From assembly GCA_963825865.1 (NCBI GenBank), contig CAWGVG010000015.1, positions 1 to 64,000 on the forward strand: DNA of 64,000 nucleotides. Reading direction: 5' to 3'. The position numbers and the translations under genes are program-made. Shown here piece after piece: positions 57,829-64,000 of this stretch. Under the pieces are notes generated by a model. The model did no database searches and was not told the DNA's origin. It was given only the letters and a program-made list of their open reading frames with translations. Source of the stretch: an uncultured Nitrososphaeraceae archaeon (GTDB lineage: Archaea > Thermoproteota > Nitrososphaeria > Nitrososphaerales > Nitrososphaeraceae). How positions within the stretch are numbered: the first letter of the stretch is position 1; each line of letters begins with the position of its first letter.

Positions 57829-58752
57829 ATGAGCCATATTACTGAAGAACCGTTTTCAAACGAACTTTTCTCTGCAAGGGTACTTCCAACTCTTTTACTG
57901 ATTGTTATGCCATTTGCTTGGGGAATAATATTGCCATATCTTTTTCCAATTTTTCATTTTCACCAGAGCATAGTTATACCAACAATAGGCAAGCACCCAG
58001 TAGTTCCATTCGATTATCTTACTATTGTCATTGTCTTTCCTCCGGGACTTCTTTTTTTCATGTTTTATTATCATTATCGTTTAGCCTTTGCTGACAACTA
58101 TTTTGAAAAAAGAGGTTACCAAATTGCAATTAACGAATATGATTACATAAATAAAGTTCTATATATTGAAGTTGTGCTAATAATTATCTTAACACTTCTT
58201 TTTTATACTCTTCCTCCATCCATGAAAGAAGGCTATTTATCTCCATTACTAGGAGATGGATTTTATTTCCTACAGGCAACATTAATTATTACTGTATACA
58301 ACACGTTCTTTACTTTGAGCTTTTCATATGGTCAAAGAGATTTTAGATTTGAATTTGCAAAAGCCTGTATGAATGTCATTGAAAATAAGAAAGATGAAGT
58401 TAATAAAATCTATTACTTAATGCTAGGATTAGACTCATACAACAAATTCCTCAAAAGAAATATAAAACTTCAGTTTGATGATACAATGGTTTGTTCAAAA
58501 ATAATCTCATCATCTGAGAAAAATCAATCACTTAATTTGATAACTGCATCCTTTAAAGATAATGATAAATTAAAACCAGTTAGTTGCCTATCTAATATTA
58601 TAAAACTTCCTGATAAGGGACAATTTTTGGTAAAAAAACCATTAAAGGGTAAGATAAAAGATGCTGTAACAATTCTAACGGCTATAATTCCTATAGTAAT
58701 TTCGATACTTCAGTTGATGTTTCCAAAATATTTTCAAATGCTACTCAAGTAA
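57829..58752 (+). CDS. multi-pass membrane protein (cargo)
   Basis: About five TM helices, DFRFEFAKAC, GLDSYNKFLKRNIKL; intact 307 aa. Confidence 0.75.
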   Translation: MSHITEEPFSNELFSARVLPTLLLIVMPFAWGIILPYLFPIFHFHQSIVIPTIGKHPVVPFDYLTIVIVFPPGLLFFMFYYHYRLAFADNYFEKRGYQIAINEYDYINKVLYIEVVLIIILTLLFYTLPPSMKEGYLSPLLGDGFYFLQATLIITVYNTFFTLSFSYGQRDFRFEFAKACMNVIENKKDEVNKIYYLMLGLDSYNKFLKRNIKLQFDDTMVCSKIISSSEKNQSLNLITASFKDNDKLKPVSCLSNIIKLPDKGQFLVKKPLKGKIKDAVTILTAIIPIVISILQLMFPKYFQMLLK

Positions 58753-58868
58753 GCAAAAATAATTATGCTTGGAATATTTTTAACTACCCTCTTATGCAGG
58801 TATAGCCAAATTATACAAGGACCGATTAATTATATAATAAGAAAGGTATACTAAAAAATAAAAACAAG

Positions 58869-59095
58869 TAAACAAAGAAATAATTATTTCCTTGTTGCTA
58901 TTATACAGCTAAGAAGGAATGAATGAGGGAAAACAAATAACAACAAGAAGTTGACTTGCTGAACATCTTCATTTTACTCTATCAGGATAATAATAGTAAT
59001 ATGATAGTAGAGTAATGGTAATCAGCTCATTATTATATTATTATTGTTATCCTGTTCCTTCATTCCTTCCTTCCTTTCTATTTCTATTATTTACT
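58869..59095 (+). repeat. structured long-hairpin repeat, copy 3 (most complete)
   Basis: Outer arms 58913-58931/59055-59073 and inner arms 58983-59012/59026-59054 pair with G-U-type mismatches. Confidence 0.85.
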
Positions 59096-59207
59096 ATCAT
59101 ACATTGAAGATGCTTAGGTTATGCACAATATATTCAAAAATTTCCAATCATCAATAGCTTCTACTTGATCACTTTTAACTGACAAATTCATTGTTTCACT
59201 GAGTAAT

Positions 59208-60927
59208 TTGGCAACCTCAGCAGCATGCCAGTATAAAAATGAATTTTATGTTGACTTTACATGTGACCAACCCACCAGAGACACAGAAAGCAAATTCTGT
59301 ATATTTCATGATACAAATTATCTTAAAGACGATAACTATGATAAACACAAGGAAGAAGTAACAAAGAGATTTGAAGATAAACTATCAGAATATTCTTCCA
59401 AAAACATGCCTTTGAAATTTATAGGCTATTGTTTGCCAGAGATTTCATTTAAAGATGAGAAATTTAGTGAAGAGATTCACTTTAATGAAGCCACGTTTTC
59501 TGGAGTAGCAAACTTTGATGGAGCTACATTCTCCAAAAAAGCTCACTTTGATGGAGCTAAATTCTCCGAAGAAGCATACTTTAGTTATGCTACATTCTCC
59601 AAACCAGCTCACTTTTCTGGAGCTAAATTCTCCGAAGAAGCAAACTTTTCTGTAACCAAATTCTACGAAGAAGCAAACTTTTCTGTAACCAAATTCTACG
59701 AAGAAGCAAACTTTTCTGGAGCTACATTCTCCAAACATGCATACTTTTATAGAGCTACATTCTCCAAACGAGCAGACTTTTATGGAGCTACATTCTCCAA
59801 ACCAGCAGACTTTTCTGGAGCTACATTCTCCATAGCCGAGTTTGAAAAGGTCAGGTTCGTAGAGATAGCCAACTTTGATGAAGCTGAATTCAAGGTAGCA
59901 GAATTCACTGAAGTTACATTTTCTAAAGAAGCTAATTTCATTTATGCTAAATTTTCAAACTTAGATTTTTCTCACACTAAATTCTTAAATGAAGTTCGTT
60001 TTTCAGAAGAAAAAAAAATAAAAATTTTTGATGGTGAAACTTTATTCAGATACACAATTTTTGAGCAGCCCAACAAGGCTATATTTGATACAAATGATTT
60101 ATCCAGGGTATCATTTGCTGGTAGTGACATATCTAAGGTAACTTTTACAGATAAAGTAAGGTGGGGTGGAGATGACGGTCTGAAGGTGATTGAAGAAGAA
60201 TGGTTAGAAAAATTAGGAAAGGAAAAGAAGCTAGAAAGTGAACACGAACAAGAAAATGAAATCAAACGAATAAGCTTGGACCTTGTATTATATGTATATC
60301 GTAGGTTAAGAGAGAACTATGAGTTCAAACTCAAATTTGACGAAGCAGGTAAATTCTTTATAAAAGAAATGGAATTAAAAAGAAAGTACAGAGAAGCTCC
60401 TTCACTATCTGCTGTTTTCAAACGTAAATTAATTAAATTCCTTAAGAAATTAAAACTTGTAAATGCTAATGTACAAGAGCCAAAGATTGAATATGTTCTT
60501 AAACAAAATGGAAGACTCAGAAGACATTTCTCGTTAACTGGTTTGTATTATCATCTTTCTACTTATGGTGAAAGCATAGTTAAACCAACTATAATTGGTG
60601 CAATAACGGTTGGACTTTCAACATTGTTTTGGCTACTTCAAAATAATCCAACAGTCGAACCTTCTATTTCTTTTATTGCTAATAATAAATTACATATGGC
60701 TAAAACAGACTTCTGATTTCATTAATGCTACTCAGATTTGGAACAATACACATACATTGAAGGCTTTTGAAAGAAGTCTTGCAGATTTTCTCCCTTTGCT
60801 TTCATTACCAGGTGATATCAAAGTAGGAGTAATAGATTATGTTATCAAAATAGTAGGTGGTGCTCTTACTTTCGGTCTTCTTCTAATAGCTTTGAGAAGG
60901 AAATTTGAAAGAAAATATACACGTTAA
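59208..60927 (+). CDS. pentapeptide-repeat protein with C-terminal membrane region (frameshift ~60670)
   Basis: N-terminal C..C..CIFH, many A.F..A.F repeats, YRRLRENYE, AGKFFIKEMELKR, YGES, IALRRKFERK. Confidence 0.9.
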
Positions 60928-61018
60928 TTACAGCCTATGCAACAATATTTAGTTTAATCAATTTCTCTATTTTAATAATTATTCAAAAGACTTGGTTCGT
61001 TGAGATCAATCATGAAGC

Positions 61019-61258
61019 TTATTCATCCTTATCAGCTAAATCAGTAGTAGTACTGGTAGTATTAGATTTATTACTATTACCGGATTTAGATTTCTTCTTC
61101 TTCTTATCCTTCTGTATATATGGAATGTCAGTCAGAGTATTTGAGATATTATCCCGGCATGTAATAGCCTTGTGGCTTGTGTCAATGCTATACATAAGAT
61201 CCATCAATGGTTCAGTATCTTTATTTCTGTCTAGGTCTTCAATTGACTTTCTTGCCAT
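61019..61258 (-). CDS. hypothetical protein / fragment
   Basis: Short ORF with K/S-rich tail. Confidence 0.35.
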   Translation of the reverse strand: MARKSIEDLDRNKDTEPLMDLMYSIDTSHKAITCRDNISNTLTDIPYIQKDKKKKKSKSGNSNKSNTTSTTTDLADKDE

Positions 61259-61314
61259 GTTGTTATTATTATAATATTATAATAGGACACTTTTATTATT
61301 ATAGATATATAATC

Positions 61315-61533
61315 ATGACAGCAGCAGAAGTAGAGCCACAGGAAGAAGAAGAAGGACCGTTATTTACTAATTCATATGATCTACTAAATACAATATTGGA
61401 TGACGTAAATACTCTAGAGCATAAATGTAATAACACCAAGACAATCGGTGATGTTGTAATGTTTTGGAACAAGTCAAAATTAGATTTATTTAAAATATCA
61501 ACCGAATTGGAATTGCTGAAAGTGTATTTATAA
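61315..61533 (+). CDS. hypothetical protein
   Basis: MTAAEVEPQEEEEGPLF... within ORF 61207-61533. Confidence 0.4.
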   Translation: MTAAEVEPQEEEEGPLFTNSYDLLNTILDDVNTLEHKCNNTKTIGDVVMFWNKSKLDLFKISTELELLKVYL

Positions 61534-61725
61534 GAAGGAAGATAAGTCAGGTCTTTGAAGAAAATATAATTTTATAATATTTATAATAATTATATAAAAA
61601 TCATATAATTAAATTATATAAAAATTATATTCTTGGAATATTAGTGATTTTAGTACTAAAGATAACTTCTTTAGTAGCAGTAATAACATAATGTTTCCTA
61701 TAGGCTTACATATTCAATAGATATG

Positions 61726-64000
61726 TTATTTGATATAAATTGCAGGTTTGAATGGTCTAGCAGACTTTGCTTTTAATCCAAGATCACGGTTTTCTGGTAA
61801 ATCATCTTCTTCATTCCCTTCCTCTCCTCTTGCTTCCTCCTGATAGACAGTTATGTGAGCCTGAGAATTTCCACTTTCCAAAGACAATAACATTCTAGCA
61901 TCATTTATAGGAAATATTTCATCAAAGTTTGCTGCCTAGTTTCAGTCTTCTGTTTCTTGCTTCAATTGGAGATGATAGAATGTCTTCTATTATTTTTCTT
62001 ATCAAGTTTGGATTAGTCTTTGCCTTTGTAGCTGTTTCTCGATCCTTGACTAGTTGTTTCATAATGTCTCCAAAGTTAGTTTTGCTTTCCAATAACATAG
62101 TTGCAAGAATCTTTTGATAGATTTGCAGTTTCCAACGCGCTGAAGTATAAATGACTATTTTTGTAGGAGTTATGCTAGTAACTTTGACAATCTTTTGTAG
62201 ATCGGATATCAAATTCATAATTAGCTCTTCTGATTCTTCTGCTACTGGATCGTTTTTATCTTCATCTACTATTGGCCAGCCGGCGAAAATAATAGAAGTT
62301 GTTGCTGATGATGAGGATGATGATGATAAGGATAAATTATCCGTACTGCCACCAATTTTTTCCCATACTTCTTCACTTATAAATGGCGCAAATGGAGCGA
62401 GCATCCTTATGCGAGCATCAAGAAACAAAGACAAGGTAGCGGCAATAATATATTCTCGTCTTTTGGCTTTGACTCTCTTCTTGTACCACTGCAAGTCTTG
62501 ATCAAGTGAATATAGTATAAGGTGTAATGCTTCTCTCGCTCTTAATTTCTCCATAGATATTGTAGTATTTGCAATAGTGTGCTGCAATTTGCTGATAAGC
62601 CATCTGTCTTCTAATTCCATTATTGTTTTTGGGACTTGTGTTGGTGTCTCTGCTTTTGGCTTAGTCTGATCCTGCTCTTTCTTCTTAATCGAGTACTCTA
62701 TTGCCATATCATAAATATCACATAGCTTGGACTGAATTCCCTTAACTGCATCAAATGAAAAATCAGCATCCTGTAAAAGCTCTGCTGAGGTCAGTATGGC
62801 CACACGAATTGCGTCAGCACTATGCTCTTTGATAGCAGCACGCAATGGAATAATATTTCCAAGCGATTTTGACATTTTTTTTCCTTCCATTAACACAGAT
62901 CCATTGACGACAATTTGCTTAGGCCAATTTTCCTCCTCAAAAATTGTTGAATGGTTAAAAATAAAAAATGACAAATGATTTGGAATTAAGTCTCTCCCAG
63001 AATGTCTAGCATCTACAGGATAAAAGTAGGAAAATTCGTTTCTTATCTGCTTAATTGATTCTGTAGAGATTTTGCAATCTGCAGCAACCTGCATGTTATC
63101 GCCCTTCCCCAATAGAATAAAATCAAAAAAAGAGTCCTTTAGATCATCAGTATTAATGATCGCATTATTAACATTACCATTAAGATACTTTGCAAGAATA
63201 TAGTACGCCATATAAATAACAGAGTCAGAGAGACTTTCGATAATCCACTCGTGATCCCAAGGTAATTTAGTACCAAGTCCTGATTTTCTTGCACATGCCC
63301 TCTCTCTTAACCAATCAATTACGTAGTTGAATTCCTGTCTAATTTCTTCTGGGACTATGATCATTGAGTTAATACATTTATGTGCTAAATCTTTCCATTT
63401 CTTATCACCATAATTTAGAAACCATTGATCATTCAACAGTTTAACCACACACTCAGTGCCACATCTGCATCTAACAGGTTTGTTTATCAGTTCAAACATT
63501 ATGTCAGCAGAACCAGTTGCAATAATTTCCTTCTTTATCTTTTCTTTTGCCTCATATACTGTCATACCTGCATACTTACCAGTATTTTGCGACATTTTTC
63601 CACTGTAAAATTCATAAGAGTATATCTCACTAGTGGCCTTTTCTAGTTGCGGATCCTGTTGATTCTTTATATTGAATTTCTTTATGATTTGCGCTGCAGG
63701 TATCATATTTTTATTATTATTAATGTCGCCAGAGTAGCTTTCTGATTCAATAATTGTTATAGGTTTTAGTTCTGCTACTTTTAACCGGAATTCATTATTG
63801 TTATTAATAGAAAGATCGTGTTTTAGATCTTCCAGAGCCTGATAATCATACGGGGCGTGTGCCGGAACAGACATTACAACTCCTGTGCCACTATCAGTAT
63901 CAACAAACAGTGCAGGATACAATGGAATTGAAACCTCTTTAATTGGGTCCTTAGCATATTTGCCGATTATTTCTTTTCCCTTTAAGGTAGACTCTATTGC
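61726..64000 (-). CDS. leuS: leucyl-tRNA synthetase, archaeal type (5' part outside window; frameshift at ~61930)
   Basis: GTGVVMSVPAHAPYD editing motif, GLGTKLPWD, IESLSDSVIY, SGRDLIPNHL, KMSKS; C-terminus SARPFKPAIYIK ends at 61726. Confidence 0.97.

Larger units (their letters stand above)
37440..61600. mobile_element. composite integrated element (integrase + two replicase modules + cargo + mini CRISPR arrays); boundaries approximate
   Basis: Integrase, MCM, primases, duplicated modules, no housekeeping genes; flanked by htrA and leuS. No att direct repeat identified. Confidence 0.75.

Noticed and set aside
59500-59830. 30-bp periodic repeats that superficially resemble a CRISPR
   Set aside because: In-frame pentapeptide coding repeats without unique spacers.
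61533-61726. Search for an attR direct repeat matching 37340-37617
   Set aside because: No convincing shared sequence by eye; the region is low-complexity AT, so boundaries stay approximate.
1-64000. tRNA, rRNA and cas genes
   Set aside because: None recognisable by eye; tRNAscan-SE and cas HMM searches are needed to confirm absence.

Overview
AT-rich archaeal DNA whose gene families point to a soil ammonia-oxidising archaeon (Nitrososphaeraceae-like; this is an inference). Single-base frameshifts are pervasive and also hit leuS and pspA, so many are probably long-read indel errors. Bases 1-37.3 kb are an accessory/metabolic patchwork: an IS630 element and remnants, Zn-ADH, alpha/beta hydrolase, TMEM175, LLM oxidoreductase, Cache-domain proteins, a PHA synthase with a PhaE-like N-terminus, USPs, a class III cyclase, PspA, a HdeD-GH5 fusion and HtrA. 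From ~37.4 to ~61.6 kb, between htrA and the 3' end of leuS, lies a composite integrated element. It has a tyrosine integrase, an MCM helicase plus a PriS/PriX-like primase, and a second prim-pol/ATPase replicase sharing the same C2H2 tail. It also has a duplicated gene module ending in an unannotated 47-48 aa basic peptide, and variable cargo (HEPN-like, DUF4760-like, membrane and pentapeptide-repeat genes). The most notable signals are three. First, two cas-less mini CRISPR arrays share a repeat and trailer but have different spacers. Second, a ~200-nt G-U-rich long-hairpin repeat occurs in three copies upstream of cargo genes. Third, inverted 9-bp iteron-like repeats sit inside the MCM gene, and their core recurs at 21-bp spacing upstream of the integrase.
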